From NCBI GenBank assembly GCA_030704615.1, contig CM060732.1, positions 4,898,001 to 4,962,000 on the forward strand: a stretch of 64,000 nucleotides of DNA, read 5' to 3'. How positions within the stretch are numbered: position 1 is the stretch's first letter; each line of letters starts with the position of its first letter. The notes below the pieces were generated by a model. The model saw only the letters and a program-made list of their open reading frames with translations. It did no database searches and had not been told where the DNA came from. The translations under genes and the position numbers were made by a program. Positions 50,461 to 63,929 of the stretch are shown here, piece after piece. Source of the DNA: Takakia lepidozioides. Its lineage: Eukaryota > Plantae > Bryophyta.

Positions 50461-51436
50461 TTTTCAAGATTGGTAGAATTTTAATTAACTCTCTGTACAT
50501 TTACATTCTCTTCCAGAGTATATAAAGGGAGGTTTACTATTTCATGAGCAGAAACCATGAGCCATGAGCCATGAGCCGCATGAGCCGCATGAGCGGTGAG
50601 CCGAAGTCTAAGACACGCGGATTTCATGAGCGGACTCCTCCAAATTTGGAAATGCGGCAGATTAAAAAAGTATTAAAATAATAGTTTTTTAATTTGACCT
50701 TGCCGTTTTGGAAGTTCCAGATCCTGTAATGCGGCGAAGATATGTCGTCAGTAACAACTCCGCTCATGGTTTTTTAGATCCGCTCATGGAAATGAGTGAC
50801 CGTGCAACGAGAAATCTAGTATACCACGGCAAAAGGACGTCATATACTGGCCTATATAGAGTATTCCGCGGTTTTACATGCCTTAACATTGGAATGAAGC
50901 TGACCCTTCTGCCGCGATTGAACCAATAGAGTCTGCACCAATAGAATTTGCAGTACTTCACAATTCTGTCATCTTCGGGTATTCGGCGGGAAAGGTTTGC
51001 GACTCAACTGGGAAATGTGGTGCCGCATTAGGGTTCGCACGTGCGAAATTTCTGGGGGGTTTGATGTTGGCGACGGTCGGCTCCCTGAAGGCTGGGTGCG
51101 ACTATCTTGCTATGACGAAGGCCGCAACTACCAGTACCTACGACGTTACTTGGAAATGCGGCACCGCATTTCCTTGCCGGGGGTCGAATGAGGAAAGCAA
51201 AGTTTGGGAGAGCAGAAAAACAAGAACCCTCCAACAAACAAAAATACAAGCACGTAGAAATAGAAGTGAATGACATAGTATTATCTTAGTTCGAGCAAAA
51301 CAGATTACTGGTAGGCAAGACATAAGTCGGACCTTTCTGTGGCCAGAGTCAGAGGTACTTGCAGCAGTACAGTTCTACTATAACTGAAACTCTGAAAAGG
51401 ATGGGCGTACCATTGTGTGGGGACCGCAAGCCAAGC

Positions 51437-54400
51437 TCACTGGTCCCCTGGATCCATATTCAGAAGAGTGTACACCTCTTGGGGGCTCAACCCTAGTGCA
51501 TGTATGAAGTGATGAGTTGTGGAATTACACCGGAGTCTCTTTAGGTACACATAGTACAGATGCTTGCAAAGGCAGTATGATGCCCCCTTGTTCGCCATGA
51601 TCTGGAAGTTGATACAATTGCAGGTGGGTAATTCTGAAATGGTGATGGTGTAAACCTCATTGCGAACGGTTGAGCCTGCCGTGGTCATCTGATACACACG
51701 CCCGAAGCCTGGTGGGGGCACTTCTGTCGAGCTCTGGATTGTACAGTTCATCCGAAGTGCATTCCCCATCCTTGTCTCGTTCACTTTTGAGGGAGGTCGC
51801 CGCCTCTTCGGTTTCCCCCAACGGTGTGTAGGATGCTCAGAGCTGTCGCGTCCCATTGTTCTTGCTCTCACAGGGGTTGGTGGTGGAGGCTGTGGAAGCA
51901 GAAGAAATGGTTGTCCTGGGACGTCAGTGTGCTGCACCATCCGAAATCCTGCGGCAGTAAGGGCGTCGACCTCAACCTGACTCAGATCGCAGCCTGGTTC
52001 CACCGGCCACACTGGGGGAGCCTCTAGCATTGTTTGTATGCCGTACTTGGGCTTTACATACACGCAAGTCATAATGTCGTGCGTGTAGAACCAGAACTGG
52101 TGGTTGTCGCCCCGCAAACTTTGCATGGACAATCTTCCTGTAAAAGTAGGAGCAGGGACAGCCCCATCTGGATTCCTCCTTATCATCTCTAAACCGTTGC
52201 CATGTATCCACTCAAATTGCGGAACACCTGCCTCGAAACGCCGACTTTGTGCGAGCAATTCTCCACTATGACGCAGACACAGTCGTCTCCACAATGGTTT
52301 GGCCATACTGCATAACAGCGGGCGGAATCTGGGGCAAGTGAGCGGTGGGAATTTCTCGCACGGAATCCCCGCTTGAAGGCGATGGCGATCTGGAAACTCT
52401 TGGGCTTCCACTGCTGGAAGACACATTGTGCGGCAACATGACGGGACCTCGAGGTGCTGTCCGAATGTTCCTGTCGGATCTCCAGGAATCCTCTTCGCAC
52501 CCGGGTTCCTCTTCATCCTCGCCTCACAGGGCGAGTATTGACATCCCCCTCTAGGTGTTCACCTCTGCGGTGCAGAGCGTCCCTTTGATCTTCTCTCGCA
52601 ATGCTGTCGCCCATTTCAGTGGATTCTTCGACCGAAGCTGTTCGTACCAACAATTCCTCCCTATCCGGCCCAAAGCCCCATTTTTTCCCGCTCAGGAACT
52701 TGTAATACGTGGCTTGCTGCATAATTGCTCTGTCGATGCCCTCCATTATGGCCGTCACTACGTCCACCAAATGTGCGGCAGAAGACGCTCGCCAGGAGGA
52801 GTGGACTGATTCTGCCATATTCGTGTTCGGCATGTCCGTGTCGGAATCCAAGCACCGCTCCTACAAGGACAGAAACAATGGTGAGGGAAAAATGGAAAGG
52901 TCCGTAATACAACGACAATTGCAAGAAAAAGTCTGGCATCATACCTCCTGCATGTACTGTCCGAACTGTCGATACCGGAAATGCCACCACCCCAACCAGT
53001 TGTGCAAGGCTCCCAGATTGGTTGTCTCCACTGCACCTGACGTGTTCCACTAAGCCTCGATGATAGCAAACTTAACCTCCGCGTCATCAAATGTGGGTGC
53101 ATCCTTCCACGCCACGCCGTACAAGGACATGTTTCAGCCTGGAATGAGCTAGCAACAAATTTGGTAGTGTAGTGAGATAGACTCTGCATCCAATGGAATC
53201 CACAGGATCTCTCTTTCCCCTCCATTGGAATATTGGGGTCCTCACCATACAACCGCTGCCCAGTTGGCCTGAGCGTTGTCTGCCATGAATCCCCTGAAAT
53301 TGGGCTTTGGCAAACCCGCCCTTGCCATCTGCTCGTTTATGCCCTCCCACAGATGCATCTCCGACTGTGTGTCCTCCCCTTACATCTCGCAGATTGCAAT
53401 CGTCATGAGCCTCTTGGAGTGATAGTCATAAACATGCGCACCCATAGTCACCCACTGATGGTTTGTAATTCGCTTGATGTGATCAAATATCACCCAAGCA
53501 TTGGACAAGTTTCCAGTTGTCATGCGAGTGACCAAGTCGACTCCACTCCCAGGCTCACACGTCGACATTTTAAAAATGTAACAACGATCGGATTTGCTGC
53601 CTTGCCCTGGAAACCTGCTACCTTGGATGTAGTCATATCCAGTCCTTCGTTTCACCTCCAGGATTGAGTGCATGTCCGACCCCCGGCCGAACTTCTGCTT
53701 GCAAGATACGATGTGATTCCGCACAATCGGACTACAACGTGTGAGACGGACTCCAACAGGTCAAGCATCTCCTCTTCGTTCAAGGGCACTCGGTCTGAAC
53801 CATCTTTGACATGATTTTGCCAAGAGCAATCTTGTGGGCTGCCTTCAGCTGAATCTGCTTTGGTCTGGCTCCGGGGCTCAATTTCACCTCCTCTTTTATG
53901 ATGTCGTGTGCTTCCTGCACAGCCTCCCGCATGTTGCCTCTCGCTAAGGGGTGGCAGTGGACCCCAACGTGTATGCAAGCTCTAGTCAAGTCCGGGAGCA
54001 ATTGGATTACATAATATTGCTTGGCTCTGCACATGGACATGCACGTCGGTGGTTCTTTGCAATGTGCGCACTTGAAAGTACCCGCAGGAGCTTGGCTGGA
54101 GACAATGAATGGATGATGGGTTGTGCCAGTCCAATCCGTCTCTTTCTCCGCCCTCATTTGGAGAGAAAATGGAAGCAGGCGGGATTGAGGCACCTCAGCT
54201 TCCCCGCACAGAGGACGTATCGTACACGAACACCATCAGCAATTTTCGTGCTACTGGTCTTCGTCACACACTAGGGGTATCCGTCATGCTTTCGATCCAT
54301 GTCTGTTAACATCCCTGAGGCTTTGTTTGACGAAGTAACAAGTGGAAACTCGAAGATGACATTGCCATCGACTTCGGGAGGCAGATACGTTACCTTCCTG

Positions 54401-55164
54401 ACTGGAAATTTGGCATAGTCGAGAGCAGCCAGCTCGGAGCGAGAACCATCGAGGTGATGTTGCCGTAGGAGCTGCACAATGGACCGGGTTGGAGTTATGC
54501 TCGAGGGTACATGCGTAGCACCTGCAGAGACGTCCATGTTGGATTTGAACGACCGTGTGGAGGACATGGGGACCTCAATGCACTCATCTTCCTTGTCGGA
54601 AATGTCGAATACCTCCACACAAGAAGCTATGGAGGGTCTTGACGGTCCAGGTCGGGAATGATTATCGTTGCATACCTCTCTGTTGGCAGTGGCCGCCTGT
54701 CGGTTTCCCGACTCCTTTGTGGATGGTGTGGGCAGCGACTGATTCGGAAAGGGAATGGGCATTCCCACAGCTCGGTACAGGATGGTATCTGATGGGGGTA
54801 CGTGCCATTCGATTCCGCAACCTCCGTCGTTACCTAGCACGACAATGGTCTCGTCAACCTGTCCAGGAACATCCTTCCTTTCTTCTTCCAAATAAACTGT
54901 ACCCGGTTTGAGCTTGAATTTGGAACAAAGGTAAGTTTCAGTCTCCCTGCAAAGTCCTCCCTCATTTGGGATCCAGGCTCTCCCAAGTTGCGGAGGACAG
55001 CAAACTATAGCGTAGGAATTCGGAGTCATCGAACACCGCACGAAGTTGGCAAGTGCGATGTTCACTATAGCGACAGACCAAGGCTCACAGGCACCATGTA
55101 AGTGGATCTGCGGAGTCCATCGACGATTGGAAGTTGCACATTGAAGTGGAAAGTATTGTTTCAA
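51437..55164 (-). pseudogene. Mutator/MULE-like DDE transposase with Cys/His DNA-binding domain and C-terminal SWIM finger
   Basis: CAHC..C...HVGVHCHP; VIFDH; FRGFMADNAQAN; CGFHW; NTNMAESVH; SWIM CNC-x-CLCKH; several stops and frameshifts. Confidence 0.75.
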
Positions 55165-55421
55165 GCTACATGCATGAAGGTGGGAGGTGTGATTCCATAT
55201 CCACTAAGTATGACAATGATGGCCGATTCGGCGACGAAATAACATCTCCTGACAGTTTCTCCTGAGGGTGGATCAACCAGTATTCGCGGTGCAGACATGA
55301 ACGTTTGCACTGACAAGTGCCAGGACTGTTAGTTAAAACGGTTAGACAACCAAGTTGTGCTCATTAAGACAGGCCGCAATTGTGTTGTTTCGAAACAATG
55401 CAACCCATTGCACATGGCTGA

Positions 55422-56750
55422 ACGGGAATGCGGTCCCGCATCCCAGTTCGACATCATCCTCTCGTTGATTGTCATCGGAAATGCGGCACCGCATTTCCGT
55501 CAACATGGAAACGAAAATACTGGTGCAACGGAAATGCGGTACCACATTTTAGTCCACTGTAAAAGCAGGCCCATGGTGGAACGGAAATGCGGTATCGCAT
55601 TTAGGTCGAATGGGACTAGGAACACACGGTAGAAAATAATAGCAACAGCGCATTTCCATCGACTGGGACACTTTGGGTAGGCAGGAACGGAAATGCGGTG
55701 CCGCATTTCCGTCCGGTCTCTTTCCATGGAATCCAGTGCACGGAAATGAGGTCCCGCATTTCCGTCCAGTGTGCTACTTTCGATTGCTATTGGACGGAAA
55801 TACGGCACCGCATTTCCGTCCGAGGTGCACCTTTCTATTTTCAAGAACGGAAATGCGGCTACTCATTTCCGTCCAACATGCAACGCCTGTAACGGTAATG
55901 CGGCACCGCATTTCCGTCCAGGGGAATCCTTTCTACTTTCCAGAATGGAAATGCGGCACCGCATTTCCGTCCGAGTCGTACCTTCCGACATTCCAAAACG
56001 GAAATGCGGCGCCGCATTTCCGTTTTGCATCTGAGGCATGCAGCAGTGCGACGGAAATGCGGCACCGCATTTTCGTCCGGGGGAAACCTTAATACTCTCC
56101 AGAACGGAAATGCGGTGCTGCATTTCCGTGCAACAAGTAAGCTATGTGACAGTGGAACGGAAATGCGGTACCGCATTTCTGTTGTGATTGAAAATCATGA
56201 ACCATTGCAACTGAAATGCGGCACCGCATTTCCGCCCGAGTCGCACCTTCCAACATTCCAAAACGGAAACGCGGCGCCGCATTTCCGTTTTGTATCTCAG
56301 GCATGGAGCTATGGGACGGAAATGCGGCACCCCATTTCCATTCAACAAGTAAGGAATGTGACAGTGGAACGGAAATGCGGTACCGCATTTCCGTTGTGAT
56401 TGAAAATCATGAACCACTGCAACTGAAATGCGGCACCGCATTTCCGTCCGAGTCGCACCTTCGGACTTTCCAGAACGGAAATGCGGCGCCGCATTTCCAT
56501 TTTATATCTCAGGCATAGAGCTGTGGGACGGAAATGCGGCACCGCATTTCCGTCCCGGGGAAACCTTTATACTCTCTAGAACGGAAATGCGGTGCCGCAT
56601 TTCCGTCCAACAAGTAAGGTATATGTACGTTCGGGATGCTACTTAACGGAAATGCAGTGCCGCATTTGCGTTTTCACTCTAACTCATCAGACGCTGGGAC
56701 GGAAATGCCATGATATGTGAACACGTGGACCAACAGAATTGCGGCACCAC
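55422..56750. repeat. Array of the 26-bp palindrome ACGGAAATGCGG-NN-CCGCATTTCCGT with a 53-bp period
   Basis: About 25 units; exact 53-bp spacing from 55892 to 56581; ~27-bp spacers fall into a few recurring types. Confidence 0.92.
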
Positions 56751-57394
56751 TTTTTGATGTCTGCACTCATGCTGGCTAAAGTGGTAGGAGGCGGCGCGGC
56801 CTGACCGTTGGTTAATGATGTTTGTTTTGTGGTCGGCAGGCGTACCTTTGACGATTCGAATTTCGTAATGAGGCATAGTCCACGAGGAGACACTTCCATC
56901 CCAGCCTTTCGAACCCAAGCGGTGCATCATTGCCGTTTCATCTTCATTTGTCGTGTCTACTCATTCACCCCTCTCACGCCCTTTCCATCTACACTGTTCG
57001 CCCCTTTTCCGCGTCTGTTTTCTTCTTATGCTCCAACCTGAGAGGGAGGAAGTTCTTGTACCTGAGAAGAGACATCGTTGCAAGCTCCGCAAGTTGTACT
57101 TCGGGCGAAGGCCAATGCCGAAGGGGAGGAAGCAGATGCGTCTTTTGGAGGAGATGGTCGTCTCGCAGGGATGCCTCGGCGTGAGCCTAGTCACGTGAGC
57201 GCAACTGCGCTCACGCCACGTCACCTTGCGCCAATGCCACATCACGGGGCTCACTCCACGTCATCACACTTGAAGACCGCGTCACCACGCGCCCAGGAAG
57301 AAGTGGAGTGTATTCCCGCGGATTGGCACCCTTTACCGCGGAAACAAGCTGGACGACATAATAAAAGGCAGTGGTCATTCCCACCTGAAAGCAA

Positions 57395-57755
57395 CAGATG
57401 AATAAAGGATGGATGAATGTACATTTGGATGATAAACAGATGGATGAGTGTGAAAAATGAATGTAGATGGATGAATGAGGGATGGATAAGAGTCAAATGG
57501 ATGAATGTATAATGGATGTTGAGCAATGAAAAACATTCATGACAGGAAGATGCATGACTAAAACTTTAGACGAATGCACAACGTATATGACATGAGTGTG
57601 GAAGGTTTGTGGGGTGGATTAAAGAGTACAGAGGATGAATGTACAATGGATGTTGAACAAAGGAAACATTCATGAATGGAGCACGCATGAATACACTGTA
57701 GATGAAAGCACAATGGATATGAGAGTGAGGGAGGTTTGTGAGATGGATTCATACA
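57395..57755. repeat. GGAT/GAAT low-complexity tract with internal duplication
   Basis: Repeated GGATGAAT(G) units. Confidence 0.7.
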
Positions 57756-58199
57756 TATTGCAATTTAAATGGTAGTTGATTCTTTGATTTTTTTCTTTCC
57801 AAAGGAACAACTACGGTGGAGGAAGGGGATTCAACGTTTTCCAAAGAGGATGAAACAAAAGAACATAGTTCAGTCTGACTCAGAGTCAGTACAATGTATC
57901 CCCACTTCCTCTGTATCTAAGTCTAAGTATTTAAGAACTCCGGATCTACGCTGGCTATACACCTACGGCCGGCAGTAAAAATTCAGGGGATAGGGACTCA
58001 GCCGCGTGAAGTGCCATTGCTTCGGCATAATCAGGAAGCAGAAAATTGGAAAGGGGGCTGTCAAAACAGACTCGCCACAAATGACTGTATCTCCTGAAGA
58101 TCCACCGCTGCCTTTCCTGAAAGACAGCCTGAAAAAGTTATTACTATAACTTTGACGTTATTGAGAAATTGAGTATGACTCCCAAGTGGTTTAGCACTT

Positions 58200-61100
58200 A
58201 CTCACATGAAAAGTCGTTGTCGACCTGCTTATCTTCGGGATCGTCATCATTTCGAATTTGAATCCGATCAGTCTGTGTGCCTGAAGTGGAGCTAGACAAA
58301 AGGGGAGGAGCACTGTGTTGTAGAGGTCAGAATCACCCTCCATGCCAAAAAGGCTTCTTCCGCCTGCCTTGCATGCATGGTAAGTTGCTCCTGCACCAGA
58401 CAGGAGGACATGAACAGTTTGGTGGGGGGATTTAAGCAGATGGAACTGGTGAAAGAAAATCAATTCGGAAGGGAGAGAACAAACCTGTGGACACAGAAAG
58501 ATCGACCACCCGTGCAGAATGGTGGCTGCCTGACTCCAGCAGTATTTGCATGAACGCTGGGGATTTTTCCTTTGCACCTCTCCAGGGAGTGCCATCTGGT
58601 CTCTTCAGAGTCTGACTGGACTGCATGAAGTTGTACAAAATGTCATCGACATGCAGCTCATAGAGGGGGGTTGACGAAACAACCCTGGTCAGAAATCTCA
58701 AAGCTGCGGATGGAGGATGGTGTCTTTGAGGTGCGAATCCTCCACAGGCAGATCGCCTCGAACATCCTCGTCTGCCAAAGATAGCAGGTTAGTGTGGTAA
58801 ACACAATCTATAGTGGAAGTGTGTACATCGGCTATTCAGAACTCAGCACAAAAATCATTTTTTATCATGAATCGGTGATGATCGGTGTCGATCATGACAG
58901 ATTCTTCTAGAGTGGAGCTGCAAAGAACATTGAAACTCATCATGAAAGCACAAGCGAAGGGAGACGGCATACCAGCTGACCAGGGAAACCCCCTTTCACA
59001 AGGTAGAGGTTGTTCACACATTCATGTGCGCAAAACTTCAAACCTGAAGACTTCAGGTATGATGCCAATGCCCGACGACTATTTTGTCACATGACTGAAA
59101 AAGCAGAAGTGTCCCTGCATCAGAGAGGAAATTATTACAGAACCCGAACACCCAACTCCAGTAGTTGTCCTCGAATTTGTTCCAGCCCGGCGTCTTGCCC
59201 TTTGGAAGAACTTCTGGCACAGCCTGGCCATCCGGGATGTCGAGAATGACAATGTCAGCCGCATATGTTTTCTGCACACCGCACACGAAGTGGGACCTGT
59301 GCTCACCTGCAACAGACATGTTTTTTTTAAAACGATGGCAAGAATGTTTTCAAAGAACCAGACTGAAATACTGCCAATGAAACTTTCAGAGAAAAAGAAA
59401 AAAACTGGAATCCTCACCATTGAGGAATGAGATTATGTTGTCCCAGGTAGGCGAAGGCACCCCAGTGTATCCTCTCTTTCGACTCTGCATCATCGACAGC
59501 CAACCCTCATTGACAATTTTAATCTCTCCTGCCGAATCAGAACGGGAAGGGTGTGGCTTGGCATCGAACACGCACTGAACTGTGCGGGTATATCTTCCAG
59601 CAGTGAAGTCCTGCCCACTCTCCATCTCCTTTTCTTTCTCCTTCCCCTTGTCCTTTTCCTTCTCTTTGGACTTGTCTTTGTCCTTTGGCTTTGCTGGTGA
59701 GATGGCTATGACATCAAGAGCCTTGTCTTTTGGTTTGCGGCCCGCCTTCTTTCCCTTCTGCGGCGTTCCCTGAGCATCAGGCTCCTTGACAGCCAATGTT
59801 GCTATGTTTCTTTGGTACTCTTCGTCAGTCAGAGGCGCCAGCATCTCTGCATTATTGTTCAAATATTTCAAATGTTGTTCTTGAAAGGTCGTGTGCTCCG
59901 GTGGGCAGTCAAGGTACCAGCCACAGTCTCTGAAGTGAGAAGGACTCCAGTCCTTCAATATCCCTGCAGTACATGGTTGGATCGTTTGCAGGGTCCGACC
60001 ACATGTCAAGATAGTCTGGAATACCGCTCAGGTGATTTCCTTCCATAAGCACATATTTCGTGTACCTGTTAAACAGGAGATAAATCCCAACCCACCAAAG
60101 CGCGAAGTGAGTAAGATGCAAGTAGCACAGAATGAAAAAAAACATGGAATGAAATGGCTCTGAGAACTGCTCCAAGGACCTTTCAGGACCACACGACAGC
60201 TCCGGATGTGAATGTCGTCAACGCCATTCAAAACATTCCATTCAATGATACTGTAAATACACCCTAATCCACGTGAATGCAAACTCTCGCTTTGGAATGA
60301 CACAGACATAGAAGTGAATGTCGTCAACGACATTCACTTTGGATTTGTGAATACACTGCTAATCAAGCCTAATGATTTCTCAAAAGAGGCAAAATCATTG
60401 GATGGAAATCAGAAACTCGAGTAAGGAACCCTCCCCAAAAACTCAATGGACATTCATAACGAACATAACACTGAGGACCTCATAATAACACTGGATGTGA
60501 ATGGCGTCAACGCCATTCACAAAATTACGACAAGGAACCAATTAATACACCCTTAGCTCCCAATCCATGTAAATTCAAATTGTCGCTGGTGAATGACACA
60601 GACATAGAAGTGAATGTCGTCAACGACATTCACTTTGGATCTCTGATAACACAGCTAATCAAGCCTCAAGATTTCTCGCAAGAGGCAAAAGCAATGCAGA
60701 ACAACTGAATGTCTGCATTGACATTCAGCAAACTGAAGTGAGGAACCCTCACTGTAAACTCTATGGACATTACAAAAACTTACATAACTCTGAGGACCTC
60801 TCAACAACTCTGGATGTGAATGTCGTCAACGCCATTCAGGGACATTATCAATTCTAATCAGGGACACTATAAATTACACCCTAAGCTCCTAATCCAGGTG
60901 AATTCAAATTCTCGCTTAAGAATGACTCAGACAAAGAAGTGAATGTCGTCAACGACATTCAATTTGGATCTATGATTACAATCCTTATGAAGCCAAATTA
61001 TTTCCCAAAAAGTGCAGTAGAGTTTCCAGTATGATATTGCACCTGTACACAACTCGCATCATGGCCCACTCTCCTCCAACCTGACTGTCAAAGTCGTTGG

Positions 61101-63929
61101 ACCGTAAAATGTTACCATCTTTGGAGAACTCCCGGAAAAACAGTATCTCCAGGTGAGACCTCTCCACTTCCTTATGTATGCCTCCAATGACATTTGGGAG
61201 GGGAAACAATCGAAATGTTCAAGTCCTTCAAAGTCTGATCCAGCACAATGACGGCGCGCTTTTCGAGCTGCAAATTGTATATTTGTCAGTATTGCAAATA
61301 AGATACTCATCACATAATTGAAGAAAAGAAAACGGCTTATTTGAATACACACCTGACTCCAAAATGTAGCCTTGTGGAGCCAGTTATCAAACCCAAATCA
61401 CTGATTCCTTCCACCTTTGTGCCAGGCTGTATGGTGCTCTTTTGGAATGATTCAAGTCCTTTACTGTCTGATCTGAGTTCCATATCTCCAGCCACCTTAT
61501 TTTTGTTTGTGGGTCGACCATGGATATGGCCAGCCGGTGCAATTTCTCCTGCTGCATCTTCCGGATGCACATGCTTCATAGTGAGATTTGATCTGCTGAA
61601 GGAACTCAGAACCAAGTCCAGGATCTACTATTCTAAGCTGCTTTCCGAAGGCGGACATCAATTTGGTTCTTCGCATTTCAAACTCCTTTTTTATTGCTGC
61701 TTCCACACCCTTTGATGTCCTTAGTTCCTCTGGTGTAGTGCGGTAATATTCGGATTTTCCCTTCTCAGCTGCCTCTGCCAGTTCTTGCTGCATTGATTCA
61801 AATAGTGATTAGCACCGAAGGGACTACAAACATGTATTCAAAAAGTAAACTGAGTACAGACTCGGGCTTACCGCATACATGTACTCCAGAAACGCCTCTC
61901 GAGTCAAAGAATACCAAGTGCCTGCAGCTCTTCCTGTTTCGCACTTCTTGATTATATTGGGGAGGAGTACTGTCCAAAAATCATCCAGCTTCATCAGACC
62001 AATCCTCTGAATTCGGAATAGTGTGTGGACCAAGCTTGTTTCACATGCGATTTCTCGTCGAAAAAAACATTGGAAACATTGCATTCCTTAACACTGTTTT
62101 TTGGGATTAACAAGACTACAGAGGGAATGAAATCTCTAGGATGACTTACTTGTTCACGTCGTGCATAGCTGTAAGAAGCCTAGCGATGTCGTTTCCTGGA
62201 TCCAAAACCATTGCCTCCACAGCAACATGCTTGTCTTTGTCTTTCGCATGGTGTTTCTGATGTATCCCATCCATGCCAGCAATCGGTGGTTGCCGTCCCA
62301 GACGTAAAAACATGTGGTTGCAGAATTGTGGGTGTTCTTTCCCATCATGAGGCCCAGCTCGAACTCCTCATTGGCATCTTTCCAGCACTCATCCCAGGTA
62401 TCACTGATCTCTGGAGACACTAATGTGCTTTTCCCATTTATATCCGTCAGTGACACATAAAAAACTTGTGCACCAAGTCTGTATCCATGCACGAAATCAC
62501 TCTCCAATTTTGTTATGTCATGGGAAAGAGGTGGACGCACAACAGGCATAGATATCATCCGGCACAGAGGGATGTCCAGACGCCCTCCAGATACGAGCAT
62601 GTCCCTTATAACCTCCTGAGAGTTTACCTTCTGGAATGACATGAGTTCTTTCACCTTGTCAAGGTAGTGCACTTCAGATTCATCTGCTTCATCGTTATTC
62701 TCTGAGCTTTTTCCAGACTCGTCCCCATCTCCAGATCCTTTCCCCTCTGATCCTGTAGGCTTGGACCTCACAGTTTTTTTGCACGATGCCATTCAATTTG
62801 ACTGAGTAATGTGCAAATAGTGAACGGCGGTAACGACCATCACTCTGTCTCGACGAAACTCACAATGAATGGTGTGAAACAAATTCAGAACCATCTACAC
62901 AAGCAAAGCTGATCTGCCGAATTCAAAAACAAAGCGAGAGCGAGAGCGAACGGCGTTAACGACAATCACAAAAGACAAGGACCTGCCGGATCGGTGTTGT
63001 GTAATGACATATGTGTAAGTGATTGGCGGCAACGACATTCAGTATAGTTTAGGGCGGACAGTAAGTGCAGATTATTCAGATTGACTCCATTGTGATTACC
63101 GTCGCAAGCATTCACGGTTTCTTGTCTATGTCGAGAGTACTTTCCAATCGATACTCTACCTGAATCTACAGTATGGTCTTCAAATCTTTGATTGGCGGTA
63201 CCGCCTTTCCACTTCTCTATCTGTTCAACCTCATACAAAGAAAATGCATTGCAATACATTATGACTGAATATGCGACCCTCACTCTCTCTCTTCAAACAC
63301 ATAGGTAAATAAATCTCATGAGGAGAATCAAAATGGCGTTAACGACGCTCGCAATTCAGTAGACTTCAATCACATGTTCCTGCTAAAGAAGGGAAGAGGA
63401 AGGACTGCTTGAAAGGCAATCAGACAGACTGTATGATCTGAACAACAGTGAATGACGGTACCGTCAGTCACCCACTCATTGTGCGTAAACCCTTAACAGA
63501 GGAGTAGAAAGCAAATCACCGTTGTTTCATGGTGATGGTCGGTAGCGACAATCCCTTTCTGGGACATTCCACTCAATCTCTACGCAGATCTTCAAAATGA
63601 AATGTAAGTTAGAGAAAACTTACTGGCGCCTTCTTAGGTTTTGAAATTGGATCCCCTTCTGCAGCTTTCCTCTTCCCTCTCACATCTGCTGGAATTTTTG
63701 TCTGCTCTAGGGTTTCTGGACCTTCTCCCGGTTCAGCGTTCCTCGTACTTCCACCTCCTTCAGTTTCCCTGCGAGTCATCTCTGCATCCACAGGCTGGTT
63801 TCCAACGCGCACTGTTATCGCCGACTGTGTCACAGCCGCTGCCTCAGTCTCGGTCTGCTCTTGTGAATCAGTCTCCGCGTTCACCTGCTGCCTTGGCCCT
63901 GTGTTCTCCAACAAACGACGCCTCGTCAT
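58200..63929 (-). pseudogene. Multi-exon ParB-like domain + beta-class N6/N4 methyltransferase-like gene (copy 2)
   Basis: N-terminal VVRP...FYVWDGNHRLLAW (ParB/Srx signature); C-terminal ADIVILDIPDG, EKSPAFMQILLE, VVDLSVSTG/ATYHACKAGGRSLFGMEGD; exon boundaries approximate; at least one frameshift. Confidence 0.65.
60190..60980. repeat. Intronic ~300-bp tandem repeat, each unit with two GTGAATGTCGTCAACGACATTCAC palindromes
   Basis: Palindromes at ~60208, 60313, 60497, 60610, 60816 and 60939. Confidence 0.85.

Noticed and set aside
55422-56750. True CRISPR array
   Set aside because: No cas genes, eukaryotic context, and spacers recur in duplicated classes rather than being unique acquisitions
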